64,000 nt of DNA from Bugula neritina. Lineage: Eukaryota; Animalia; Bryozoa. A model generated the notes under the pieces. It was given only the letters and a program-made list of their open reading frames with translations, was not told the DNA's origin and made no database searches. Made by a program: the position numbers and the translations under genes. Below, piece after piece: positions 13,190 through 27,414 of the stretch; the stretch's first letter is position 1; the number at the start of each line of letters is the position of its first letter. The stretch lies in assembly GCA_964035545.1 (NCBI GenBank), contig OZ037773.1, positions 1,455,751 through 1,519,750 on the forward strand, read 5' to 3'.

Positions 13190-14325
13190 TCGTCGTTGCC
13201 CTACTCTGTCGTCGCCGCGCACCCGTCGTCGCGCGCGCTACCGTCGCCGCGCACCCGCCGTCGTCGTCGTCGTTGCCCTACTCTGTCGTCGCCGCGCACC
13301 CGTCGTCGCGCGCGCTACCGTCGCCGTCGACCGGTCGTCATCGTCGTTGCCCTACTCTGTCGTCGCCGCGCACCCGTCGTCGTCGCCGTCGCCTTACTCT
13401 GTCGTCGCCGTCGCCTTACTCTGTCGTCGCCGCGCACCCGTCATCGTCGTCGTTGCCCTACTCTGTCGTCGCCGCGCACCCGTCGTCGTCCTCGTTGCCC
13501 TACTCTGTCGTCGCCGCGCACCCGTCGTCGTCCTCGTTGCCCTACGCTGTCGTCGCCGCGCACCCGTCGTCAACGTCGTTGCTCTACTCGGTCGTCGCCG
13601 TGCACCCGTCGTCGCGCGCTACCGTCGTTGTCGTCGTCGCCGTCGTCGTCGCCTTACTCTGTCGTTGTCGTCGTCGCGCGCGCTCTGACGCGCGCTCTCT
13701 GCCAGTCGTCGACGTCGCTCTACTCTGTCGTCGCCGTCGCGTCGTCGTCGTCGTCGTCGCGCGCGCTGCCGTCGACCGGTCGTCCTCGCCGTTGCCTTAC
13801 TCTGTCGTCGCCGCGTCCTCGTCGTCGCGCGCGCTACCGTCGCCGTCGACCGGTCGTCGTCGCCGTACTCTGTCTGCGCCGCGTCGTCGCTGTCGCGTGC
13901 GCTACCGTCGCCGTCGACCGGTCGTCATCGTCGCCATCGCCTCACTCTGTCGTCGCGCGCGCTCCGACGCGCGCTCTCTGCCAGTCGTCGTCGTTACTCG
14001 TGCGCCGTCAAGACCGTGCCGCCCTCCAAAAAACACGGACTCCCGTGCCCGATGCGTCTTTTTTCTTTTTTCCACTTTTTCATTTTTTTACTTTTTATTT
14101 TCTTTCTGTTTTCCTCTCTTGTTTCTCTCTCTCCTCTCCATCTAGAAACGCGTGAGGCTGCGCCGGCCTACTGCATTTTCGGACTGACTCGATCGTCGGC
14201 GTCAAAAGGTCTCACGCATTGCACGCCGCGCGAACGCGACGCACGCCACCGCCCCAAACGTCTTCTACTTGCCTCCCTAGGTGAACAATCCGGCGGGGGC
14301 GTCAACACGGCTGACGTTTGCTCGC
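13190..14325 (-). repeat. GC-rich subrepeat array (~40-45 bp units GTCGTTGCCCTACTCTGTCGTCGCCGCGCACCC) plus spacer; probable rDNA 3'ETS/IGS
   Basis: Lies immediately downstream of the 28S 3' end on minus, with the same GC/CpG-rich composition as the rDNA. The subrepeat structure is typical of intergenic spacers (inference). Confidence 0.6.
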
Positions 14326-14749
14326 ACGAACTTTCGGCCGGGCGCTGAGTCTCAACAGATCGCAGTGTGGGGGCTGCTCTACTGAGTACGACACGCCGGC
14401 CGCAATCTAGGTCGTTTACGGATGGTTCCGCACTTTCACACTGATGGGTCGATAGTCGACCTCGAACGCCGGCTGGGCCGTAGCCGCGCCGGCCAGCAGT
14501 CAACGTACATGGCCTGAGCCACCGCGCGCAGAACGCACGATTATCGCTGCCTCCCAGCAGCAAGAGCACGCTACGGAGTATCATCACCGATCTTCCGTTG
14601 GGACGGTTTCTGACTTAGAGGCGTTCAGCCATTAGCCGCCAGATGGTAGCATCACACCATTGATCGGATCGAACAAGCATATGAACCAATTGTCTGAACC
14701 TGCGGTTCCTCTCGTACTAGGCAGGATTACCAGCGTAATGACTTGTGTA

Positions 14750-14784
<35 letters not shown>

Positions 14785-14846
14785 GAACCCAGCTCACGTT
14801 CCCTATTAGTGGGTGAACAATCCAACCCTTGGCGAATTCTGCTTCG

Positions 14847-14884
<38 letters not shown>

Positions 14885-14907
14885 AACGTCGCTATGAACG
14901 CTTGGCT

Positions 14908-14949
<42 letters not shown>

Positions 14950-15347
14950 ACGCCCCAAGCTCTGGGCAGTCGTAAGGATCGATAGGCCCCGCTTTCGCGG
15001 TCTGTATTCGTACTGGAAATCAAAATCAAGTGAGCTTTTGCCTTTTTGCTCTACGCGAGGTTTCTGTCCTCGCTGAGCTCACCTTAGGACACCTCCGTTA
15101 CCTTTTGACAGATGTACCGCCCCAGTCAAACTCCCCGCCTGACACTGTCTTCAGAGCGGATCGCCGTCCCGACACTCGTGGTGCCGCCTCGGCTTACAAC
15201 ACCAGAACGCCGAGCGGGCCGAGGCCCGCTCGCCTTCCGTCTAACTGAATAAGTAAAGAAACTACGGAAGTAGTGGTATTTCATTGCCGACGCCGCGAGG
15301 ACGCCTCCCACCTATGCTACACCTTTCGTGTCTCTTCACAATGTCAA

Positions 15348-15384
<37 letters not shown>

Positions 15385-15391
15385 GTATTTG

Positions 15392-15441
<50 letters not shown>

Positions 15442-15449
15442 TGGGAACA

Positions 15450-15486
<37 letters not shown>

Positions 15487-15500
15487 AAGGCATTTAGCTA
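14326..15500 (-). rRNA. 28S rRNA, 3' part downstream of the R2 site (orphan/pseudogenic copy)
   Basis: Conserved LSU blocks, e.g. plus-strand GCCAGTTATCCCTGTGGTAACTTTTCTGACACC and sarcin-ricin region GGTTCCTCTCGTACT. 3' end ...GCGATCTGTTGAGACTCAGC. Begins TAGCTAAATGCCTTGTCATCTAATTAG. Confidence 0.95.
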
Positions 15501-17762
15501 TTTTTTTTTTTTTTTTTTAAACGCTTGTCTTTCCTCTATCCGAGGGAAGTTAACAGGTTCATTAAGCCATTTTTGATGGTAACCCATGGCTGAGGGGCTA
15601 AATTAATAAGGGGATTTATACCGTCCTGTCTTTCAGGTAAAATGACTGAAAAATCTTAGAAAAATGTTCAACAATGAAAGCTATCCTACAAGTCAACCTC
15701 TTCGATTTCGTTCAACGTTACCGTCCACTTATACCACATATCATATATGTAAACTCCGTACTGCATTGTCTTCAATGACAGTATTGGAAGTTCCCTCACA
15801 CTTAAGAAATCTTTACAAAATTTCACGCTTCTCTTAGATATTGCACCTCTCTAGTTGATTATAAGTCCTCCTATTGAAACCTTCTCTTTCTGGCTTACTT
15901 CTCTTGCGTATTTCCTAACCTTCTCCACGTTGTACTTGTTTACCTTTCCATTATAGGGTACTTCCAGAGCCACATGATCGGAGACGATTGCTATGTCCAG
16001 CACTTTCACCTCTTCCGAGGCTTCGTGCCAGTACACTAAGTCTGGTTTGAGTAACCCTGACGCGTCCCTGATATGTGGCTCCGAAAGCACCCCATACCCT
16101 TGCTTTTCCAACCTTTTACATATGTATTCAACTACGGTGTTATGTCTGTGTACCCGTGGTTCATGTGATCTTGGGCAAGTTTGTAGAATGTGACCTAGCG
16201 TATGTGGGGTATTAACACATACTGGGCAATACGCTGAAACACTTTTGTTAATTCTGTTCCTTAACGTGTTGGTAACTAATGTTTTGTACCTTAGATGGTT
16301 AATTCTGATATAGTCTCTTCCTGTTAATATTCTAGTCGGCTCTCTTGTCCATCTGTGAGCTTGAGGTACTTTATCGTGTTTCGCTAGTCCTTTTCCATCG
16401 ACCGCTTCTATCAACTTTGCTTTCCATATGTTCTCCTCCTCTTTTTTACCCCCTATGCTTTTTCCCAAAATCCTGGGCGGCGCTAGCTCTTTCACATCAA
16501 TGACTGCATCGACTAGCGTGTCCTCATAACCTGACAACCTAACAACTCTCTCAAATCTCAACCTCCTGATTGTATATCTAAATGATGGTATTCCTAACCC
16601 TCCTGTGCTAACTGGTGCATAGAAATTTGCACTAGCAAAATGAGCATGCACCTTAAGCCATTTCTTGCATTCTGATCGCACTATGTAGTCTAGATGCGTC
16701 AGCACTTTTCCTGTGGGAGGCGATAAAATGAGTGCATGATAAAATTTTGGTATTACAAAAGATCTTAATAAAAATAACCTTTGCTGAGGCTTGAGGGGTG
16801 CTTTTGACAGCTTCTTTACTGCTGACTCCAAGCTCTTTGCAGGGTTGGTCCCTAGATTCACCGAACCTATCTGTACACCAAGATACTTGTAAGTGTCTAC
16901 GACACTTAACGCAGGCACCTTAGCGCCAGCCAACTCTAGAAATGGTCTGTCATCACACACCCACTTGCCCCGCAAAACCCTAGTGTTTAACGTTGCACAT
17001 TTGGCCGGATTGGCTTTCAAACCGGCCAAAGAGAATTGCTTTGTCACCAGATCACAATTTACCCGCAACCCGGCACTGTCCTCGCTCAGGATGACTAAGT
17101 CATCTGCAAAAGCCAAAAACTGGATCTTCTCTTCTCCCAACGTGTACCCAATATCTTTTCTAAGCTTATCTGTGCAGTAGTCTACGACAGCGTTGAACAG
17201 ATGCACTGACATCGGATCCCCCTGCTTTATCCCTCTCCTAGATCTAATCGGCTGTGACAATTTTTCATCCAAAACAATTCTGGTACTGCTATTCTTATAG
17301 AAATTATGGCAGTACTTTATGAAATGCTCTGGCACTCCGAGTTTTCTGCAGGAGGTCCACATTGCATCGTGCCCAACGCTGTCGAAGGCCTTCCTTAGAT
17401 CAATAAATGCTACTCTTAGGTTCTTCCCTTTCATTTTCGCTTCCGTAATACATCTCTGTAGGATTAGAGCGTTCAGGAATATCCCATCTCCCTTACGGAA
17501 GCCTTTCTGCCTCTGCGAGATAGGCAAGAGTTTCTCTAGCCTATTTCCCAGAATGCTGTGGAGCAGCCTAGTGAACACCGAACACACAGCAATGGGTCGA
17601 TACTCACTAGGGTCTTTTGTCCCCACAACCTTCGGAACCAGAGTAGTTCTTCCTTCACATATCATCGTTGGTAATCTTCCACACAGGAGCCATAAATTAA
17701 AGAATGAGGCTAGTTCCTCAGCCTTGATGTAATTCTTCAGTCTTTTCCAAGTGTATCCGTCT
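15501..17762 (-). mobile_element. R2 non-LTR retrotransposon, 5'-truncated, inserted at the canonical 28S R2 site
   Basis: Poly(A) (T-run 15501-15518) abuts TAGC(T)AAATGCC. ORF has RT motifs (YRPIAV, QKGFRKGDG, GIKQGDPMS, FADD), CCHC knuckle CPVC..HILQTC, RHN and KPDLV..D restriction-like endonuclease. The 5' end is cut at the (P)DG motif. Confidence 0.97.
15686..17762 (-). pseudogene. R2 RT-RLE open reading frame, N-terminally truncated, one premature stop
   Basis: The 604-aa ORF 15851-17665 extends upstream to the junction (DGYTWKRLKNYIKAEELASFFNLWLLCGRLPT). TAG at 15851-15853 falls in IIN*RGA (expected W); the frame continues to TAG at 15686-15688. Confidence 0.9.
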
Positions 17763-17763
17763 G

Positions 17764-18897
17764 TTTACCTGCGCTTGGTTAAATTTCTTCACTTTGACAT
17801 TCAAAGCACTGGGCAGAAATCACATCGCGGCAACACCGACCAGCGGCCATCGCGATGCTTTGTTTTAATTAGACAGTGGTGTTCCCAGAGTCCGCGCCAG
17901 TTCTGTGCCGTGCGTTTAGGCCGAACGAAGCCGACGCCGGCCCGCGAGAGCCGACGCCGGCGAAAGCCACGCCCGTCCACGGAGGCACGCCGGCGGCGGT
18001 CCAAACGCGCGCGAGCGCGTCCAGTCCAACCGACGCGCGCTCCGCTTCTTGACGCGACCCGAAGCAGCCCGCGCCTCAGAGCCAATCCTTATTCCGAAGT
18101 TACGGATCGGATTTGCCGACTTCCCTTACCTACATTGTTCTATCGACCAGAGGCTGTTCACCTTGGAGACCTGCTGCGGATTTGCGTACGGCCTAGAGTG
18201 AAAATCACACTGCCTCCCTCGGATTTTCAAGGGCCAACGCCGATGCACCGGACGCCGCGTGAGGCGCGACGCTTTACGGATGCAACGTCCCTATCTCTGG
18301 ACAAGCCAATTCCAGGGAGTCCGCTCCTAACAAAGAAAAGAGAACTCTTCCCGGGATCGACGCTGGCGTCTCCGAGTTCGGTTGCGTTACCGCACTGGGG
18401 CCCGAGGGCCCAATCTCCACCACCAGGTTCGGGAATATTAACCCGATTCCCTTTCGATCGGTTCGAGGCTAGCAAGGTCGTTCGCCCTCGTTCTGCGGCC
18501 GCGCGTCGGCTCTGCCACCCTTTAAATGATACAGAAATCTGTGCAACGTCTTTTTCAAAGCCCAGATAGGGTTGGCCGCTCACGTCAGACGGCTCGCAAC
18601 GAACGCCTCCTCCCCGTTCAGAACGGAGTTCTCCGATCTCTTAGGCCCGACTGACCCATGTCCAACTGCTGTTCACATGGAATCCTTCTCCACTTCGGTC
18701 TACAAAATTCTCATTTGTATACTTGCTACTACCACCAAGATCTGCACTGAAGGCGGCTCCACGCGTGCCCTCGCACAACGCTTCTGCGCCACCGACACGC
18801 CCTCCTACTCATCGGGGCCTGGCATTACGCAGGCATTGCCCCGACGGTGCGGTATGGGTCGCACGCTTCAGCGCCATCCATTTTCAGGGCTAGTTGA

Positions 18898-18930
<33 letters not shown>

Positions 18931-19216
18931 AATTCCGACTTCCATGGCCATCGTCCTGCTGTCTATATCAACCAACACCTTTTGTGGTGTCTCATGAGCG
19001 TGCGTTAGGCACCCTAACCGCACGTTTGGTTCATCCCACAGCGCCAGTTCTGCTTACCAAAAACGGCCCACTGGGCACTCTCTGTTCGAGCACGCGACCC
19101 CGATAGGGAAGGGTCGCGCCTCTTACCCATTTAAAGTTTGAGAATAGGTTGAGGACGTTTCGTCCCCAATGCCTCTAATCATTCGCTTTACCGGATAAAA
19201 CCATACGAATCGAGTG

Positions 19217-19258
<42 letters not shown>

Positions 19259-20030
19259 GCGGTTCGATTAGTCTTTCGCCCCTATGCTCAAGTTTGACGA
19301 CCGATTTGCACGTCAGGATCGCTGCGAGCCTCCACCAGAGTTTCCTCTGGCTTCGCCCTGCTCAAGCATAGTTCGCCACCTTTCGGGTCTGAGCACGCCC
19401 GCTTTCGCGCCGTAGCCACTCGCGTCGAGTCGGCCGCGGGCTGGCATTGCGCCGACACGCCAGTGCCGGATCACGCCCATTTTGCCTTAGCTTCGCCTTC
19501 GGGGTTCGTCGAGCCCATCGACTCGCGAGCGTGCTCAACTCCTTGGTCCGTGTTTCAAGACGGGTCGGACGGAGTGCCGGGAACCACGCGACTCGGACCC
19601 TGGACGACGCGCGACGCCGCGCGCTCCGACTGCAGTTCGCCACCGGGGTCCGCCAGCTAGCCGCGTCGAGTCGCTCCCGCTCGCCTTGGAAGACGAGGGG
19701 AGTGCGTCGCAGACGCTCCTCGCCCGTCGAGTCGGCCGACGCCGCTCCGGCCTGTAACACGGCGCGCGGGAGCGCGTCGCTACTTTGCCGCCGGGCTTCT
19801 CGCGACTCGTCAGGCGGTCGCCGCGCTCCGCCGCCGCCAAGTGCACTGTCGCGCGGCGGCGACGGCTAAATGGCGGCGGCGAACTTTGCCCGGTTTCGTC
19901 CGTTTGCCTCTAAACAGTTTCACAGACTCTTGAACTCTCTTTTCAAAGTTCTTTGCAACTTTCCCTCACGGTACTTGTTTGCTATCGGTTTCGCACTAGG
20001 TATTTAGCCTTAGATGGAGGTTACCACCAC
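17764..20030 (-). rRNA. 28S rRNA, 5'/central part (first ~300 nt missing)
   Basis: Conserved blocks, e.g. plus-strand CCAGCTATCCTGAGGGAAACTTCGG, GGTCCGTGTTTCAAGACGGG and TTCCCTCACGGTACTTGTT. Homology stops at TTAGATGGAGGTTACCACC, ~20 nt from 5.8S. Confidence 0.95.
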
Positions 20031-20048
20031 GCGGTTGTCAGCGAATGA

Positions 20049-20203
20049 CGACCCTCAGACAGGCGCGGCCATGGGATGACCCGGGGCCACAATGTGCGTT
20101 CAAGATGCCGATGATCGATGTGTCCTGCAGTTCACATTGCATAACGCAGCTGGCTGCGCTCTTCATCGACGTGCGAGCCGAGTGATCCACCGCTCAGAGT
20201 TGT
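20049..20203 (-). rRNA. 5.8S rRNA
   Basis: AACTCTGAGCGGTGGATCACTCGGCTCGCACGTCGATGAAGAGCGCAGC...TTGAACGCACATTG...CGCCTGTCTGAGGGTCG on minus. Confidence 0.95.
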
Positions 20204-20438
20204 CCCTTGCACAGTCGGGGCTGTGCCTCTGAGGTTTGCGTCGACCCGCGCGCTCGCCCTGGCAGGGGCGGCGGTGCGGGCCCTCGCTCTACGCGCGGCC
20301 AGAGAGAGAGCGAGAGGCGGCGGCCCCCGCCCGGCTACGCGCGCACAATTGCAACGGAGCGAACGTGCGACGCGGCGCGCCCCCGCGGGAGAGGACACCG
20401 CGCGCACGCCGCCGGTGCGCCGATCGCGGCGCGCGCGC

Positions 20439-21568
20439 TATCTGGTTGATCCTGCCAGTAATCATATGCTTGTCTCAAAGATTAAGCCATGCATGTCTAA
20501 GTACAAGCCGCGTACGCGGCAAGACTGCGGACCAGACTCATCCGTGGATAACGTGCGGTAACTCCGGTGCTAATACATGCACCAAGGCTCCGACCCCGTC
20601 CTCGGGCGGAGGAAGGGCGCACTTATTAGACGAAAACCAATGGCCCGGCCTCGCGCCGAGCGTTGGTGGACGACACCCGAGTAATTGCCGCCGATCGCAC
20701 GGCCTCGGCGCCGGCGACGCCTTCACTGAGTTTCTGATCTATCATGCTGTCGACGGTTGGTGCTATGCCAACCGTGGCGTTGACGGATAACAGAGAATCT
20801 GGGTTCGATTCTGGAGAGGCCGCATGAGAAACGGCGACCACTTCCAAGGAAGGCAGCAGGCACGCAAATTACCCACTTCGGACACAGAGAGGTAGTGACG
20901 AACAATACCGATGCGGCGCACTTACGTGTCGCCGTAATCGGAATGAGTACACTTCAAATCCTTTAACGAGGATCCACTTGAGGGCAAGCCTGGTGCCAGC
21001 AGCCGCGGTAATTCCAGCTCAAGCAGCGTATATTTATATTGCTGCGTTTAAAAAGCTCGTAGTTGAAACGTCAGACGCGGGAGGGCGGACGGCCGTACCG
21101 GTCGCACTCGCCCGACCGAGCCAGGCGCGGATGGCGCGCGTCGCTTGCACTTTGCCGTGTGAGCGCGCCGCCGCTGCACGTTCACCTTGAAGAAATTGAA
21201 CCGCTTAGAGGGGGCGAGCAGCTTGAACAGCTCAGCATGGTATGGTGGAACATGGGCTCGTACTCATTTTGTTGGTTAGAGAGTCGGCGAGCCAATGATT
21301 AACACGGACTGCCGGGGGCATTAGTACTCGGACGGGAGAGGTGAAATTCAAGGATCGTCCGAAGACTCCCTACTGCGAAAGCATTTGCCAAGAATGTTTT
21401 CATTAATCAAGAACGAAAGTCAGAGGTGCGAAGGCGATCAGATACCGCCGTAGTTCTGACCGTAAACGTTGCCGCCTGGCAATTGGGCGCACTTCTGTTG
21501 AAGTTGCCGCCAGCAGTATTGCCCGGGAAACCAAAGTCATTGGGTTCCGGGGGGAGTATGGTTGCAAA

Positions 21569-21617
<49 letters not shown>

Positions 21618-22055
21618 GCGGCTTAATTTGACTCAACACGGGAAACCTCACCCGGCCCGAACACTGTTATGACAGACAGGTTGAGAGCTCTTTCTCGATT
21701 CAGTGGTTGGTGGTGCATGGCCGTTCTTAGTTCGTGGAGCGATTTGTCTAGTTAATTCCGATAACGAACGAGATTCTTGCCTGCTAAATAGACGGCGCCG
21801 CCTCAGCACGGCGACCGATCGCTTCTTAGAGGGACAAGCGGCTTTTAGCCGCGTGAAGCAGAGAGCAATAACAGGTCAGTGATGCCCTCAGATCTTCGGG
21901 GCCGCACGCGCGCTACACTGTTTGCATCAGCGTGTTTCTCCCGCGCCGACGGGCGCGGGCAACCCGTTGAACCGCAAACGTGCTAGGGATCGGAGATTGC
22001 AATTGTTCTCCGTCAACGAAGAATTCCTTGTACTGGCGAGTCATCAGCTCGCGGG

Positions 22056-22059
<4 letters not shown>
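20439..22059 (+). rRNA. 18S rRNA, inverted relative to 5.8S/28S, 3'-truncated, with a small 5' internal deletion
   Basis: Starts TATCTGGTTGATCCTGCCAGT and contains GTGCCAGCAGCCGCGGTAATTCC and AAACTTAAAGGAATTGACGG. Stops before the universal ACGTCCCTGCCCTTTGTACACACCGCCC. Lacks GGCTCATTAAATCAG near 20530. Confidence 0.95.

Positions 22060-22106
<47 letters not shown>
22058..22106. repeat. (TA)n tract between 18S and RTE
   Basis: Directly visible. Confidence 0.95.
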
Positions 22107-24098
<1,992 letters not shown>

Positions 24099-26225
24099 TA
24101 TTTCCTATTAGCACTGAACCACTGTATATAGTATATACTGTGTGCTGTATATACAGTCTATACTCTGTACTGTACACAGTCTATACTCTGCACTGTATAC
24201 AGTCTATACTCTGTACTGTATACAGTCTATACTCTGTACTGTATATAGTCTATACTCTGCACTGTATATAGTCTATACTCTGCACTGTATACAGTCTATA
24301 CTCTGCACTGTATATAGTCTATACTCTGCACTGTATACAGTCTATACTCTGTACTGTATACAGTCTATACTCTGCACTGTATACAGTCTATACTCTGTAC
24401 TGTATACAGTCTATACTCTGCACTGTATATAGTCTATACTCTGCACTGTATACAGTCTATACTCTGCACTGTATATAGTCTATACTCTGCACTGTATGCA
24501 GTCTATACTCTGCACTCTATATAGTCTATACTCTGCACTGTATACAGTCTATACTCTGCACTGTATATAGTCTATACTCTGCACTGTATACAGTCTATAC
24601 TCTGTACTCTATATAGTCTATACTCTGCACTGTATACAGTCTGTACTCTGTACTGTATATAGTCTACACTCTGTACTGTATCTAGTCTATACTCTGCACT
24701 GTATATATTCTATACTCTGCACTGTATATAGTAAATACTTTGCTCTGTATAATTACACAGGTTATACTGAATTGCAATATCTGACAACGAATTGATACGG
24801 TTTCATACATTTGATGGCTGTATGCATTCATTAATTAGGGAGTTATAACTTAACCTTAAATACAAACAAGTAAATAGTAAATAAAAACAGATTAAAACAC
24901 TACAACATTATTCAGTACATACAAGTTGTGTTGTTCTTGAAATCAGATTTTGACTAAGCTAAATTACACATAGGGTGGGGAGTTGGGGCCGCCAAATTAA
25001 GCTGCAATTCAGTGAGCACACCTTTTTGAGTTTCCAGTTCACTATTTTACCTTTCTGCAATTTAATTGTTTTACTTTCTGTGGTGATATAAAGTTCTTTT
25101 TTCACTACAAAGCCGAAGATGTAGCTATTGAAACAATAGCCTGTAGATGAGCAGTACATTTATTTTCTGCTGACAACTTGTGTGTAGTGGTAGGAGTGGT
25201 GGTAGGACTTTCACATATTTGTACAACATGCAAGGAAATCTGTGCCCCACAGGTGGTACTATACTAGCTGCCTTAGAATCATCACAGGTGCAGGTACAAA
25301 CAAGGCATGACAAACACTGCTTCTACCTCTGCTGCTACTGCTATGGTAGGTACTGAATACAAGGTAGGTAGTGTATACAAGGTAGGTACTGTATACAAGG
25401 TAGGTACTGTATACATAGTAGGTACTGTATACAAGGTAGGTAGTGTATACAAGGTAGGTACTGAATACAAGGTAGGTGCTGTATACATAGTAAGTACTGT
25501 ATATAAGGTAGGTACTGTATACATGGTGGGTATTGTGGATTTTGTCACTTTGTAGATGACTTTGAATAAACGTGAAATAGTAATATTTTAAGGTTAACCT
25601 TCTCTCTACTTGTCATAACTACAGCGTAGTTGTATGACTGAATGAAATGAATACACATACTGACTACTCAGGATAGGGAGGGAATAAGAAGGTTAATAAC
25701 TGACTTCAAATACAGCTCAACAGGAACTCAAACCCACTTGTGTTCTGCATTCTGCTCTAATAAACTTTGAATAACAAATCAAATAAGTAATATATGTTAT
25801 TTGCTATCCACTAACAAATTTATTCACAGTACGTATGGCAGTACAAGCATAGCAACTTTATCAAGAAATCTCTTGTTATAATATATGCAATCAACTACAT
25901 TAGTTTCACAGCATCTAATATAAAACTGTTTTTGGTGATTGAAGTTCTAAAGAAAGAAAACCCTTTTTTATGTTGATATGGAATCTTTTTTTGCTTCTTA
26001 AATTTAACTCTTAACCAGTACTAACTGGGACAGGGGAAGTTATAGCTGACACCCTCACATAATGGTATACATCATCATGAAATAAGGCTACACTAAAGCT
26101 TTTTCATAGCTATTTTTGGCTTTGACGGTATCAACTACTTAGCTCCCATATATGGTATGATTTTCTATTATTCATTTAACTGAAAGTGTATCTCATCTCC
26201 AGACAAGAAAATCTGTCCCTCCATC

Positions 26226-27414
26226 ATGAACTCTTATGTATTTGTTGCTTTGTTCTTCCTTGGTAAGTTCAGTTTTAATTATTTATTAAATAAAATGTTA
26301 GTTTATAATTAGTGTTACCAAAAACATATAGAGTGTTTAATTGATGCCTGGGTGTGTAAAATCTCTAACAAGTTTCTATGAAAACATATCTCTTTTTAAA
26401 ATATATAATTAGAAGAAATAATGTTGGTACCAATTTTGTGAGGGTTTCTGTTCTTTGAAAAAGGAAACTATGCTATTTACTATTTTAGCTGTGAAGTGTG
26501 GACAAGTCAATTTGACTTGAGTGAATTACTCTAGATCATCTTTTACACTTGAGCATTTGTAGTTGTTGCTTTCCATTTGCTAAACCTACTCCTAGTATAA
26601 GTAGTAGTTACTGTTTTCACAAAAATGTGCGCTTTACAATTCAAAATTCAAATTAAAACTTGCCATAATATATAACTACTTGTTAAACTGCTTTTGCATG
26701 TCAAAACTTTTTTTTCAAAACTTGAACATTTTTCTATGTATGAACAAGTTAAATAGAAAAAATAAAATTACTGAAACCGACTGGCTAAGCTAGAGTTGTG
26801 CTCTCCGTAGGTGCTGTGGCTGTTAGCAGTGGACTACAGTGCTACGTGTGTGATACAACTGATGACTCTACATGTGATGACATGTACGGCAAACCTGCTG
26901 GACACCTGCAAGACTGTCTCACCGACTCTCTTCTTGATGATGGCTGCTCCAAATTAAAATCCACAGGAAAAATTTTGGGAGCAAAATTGTCGACAAGTAA
27001 GTTCTCTTGGAATTACAAACTGCTGAACTTGTCAACAGACAACGCTCAAAAAAATTTCAATTTCAAAAATCTACACTTTTTGTTATTTTGAAGTCGTGAG
27101 AAGCTGTGGAAGTATTTATGACAACACCCAGTGTGCACAGAAAGACCGTGCTAAAGTAAATATTTTTGGCGTCAAAGGAGAAACCTGGTCATGTTCCTGC
27201 ACTGGAGAAGGATGCAACAGTGCATCTGGTCTCTCTCTCACTTTCCCTCTACTAGCTGGTAAGTAGCTATAGCAACCTAGCCATGTATTAGTAACATATG
27301 TAGGCGCTTCATTTTTATTTTAACATTTCGCTGCTTGTACCAGTTGGTTGATTTAATTAATCCACACTAATATATATTTACATTTTAGCTGTTCTGGCCA
27401 AGTACCTTATTTGA
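26226..27414 (+). CDS. G3: Ly6/Quiver-like protein, recent paralog of G1 (ORF intact, putative core promoter deleted)
   Basis: Exons 26226-26262, 26811-26996, 27094-27258, 27389-27414. Nine amino-acid differences from G1 by manual comparison; all 10 Cys retained. Confidence 0.85.

Noticed and set aside
13196-21626. Many Arg/Ser/Pro-rich ORFs (e.g. 13196-14155, 17751-18569, 20236-20790)
   Set aside because: Incidental frames over GC-rich spacer repeats and rRNA; no protein motifs.
21980-22106. Apparent N-terminal extension of the RTE ORF starting inside 18S (an 18S-RT fusion)
   Set aside because: Chance open frame through rRNA and (TA)n; non-ATG start, and the RT has downstream stops.
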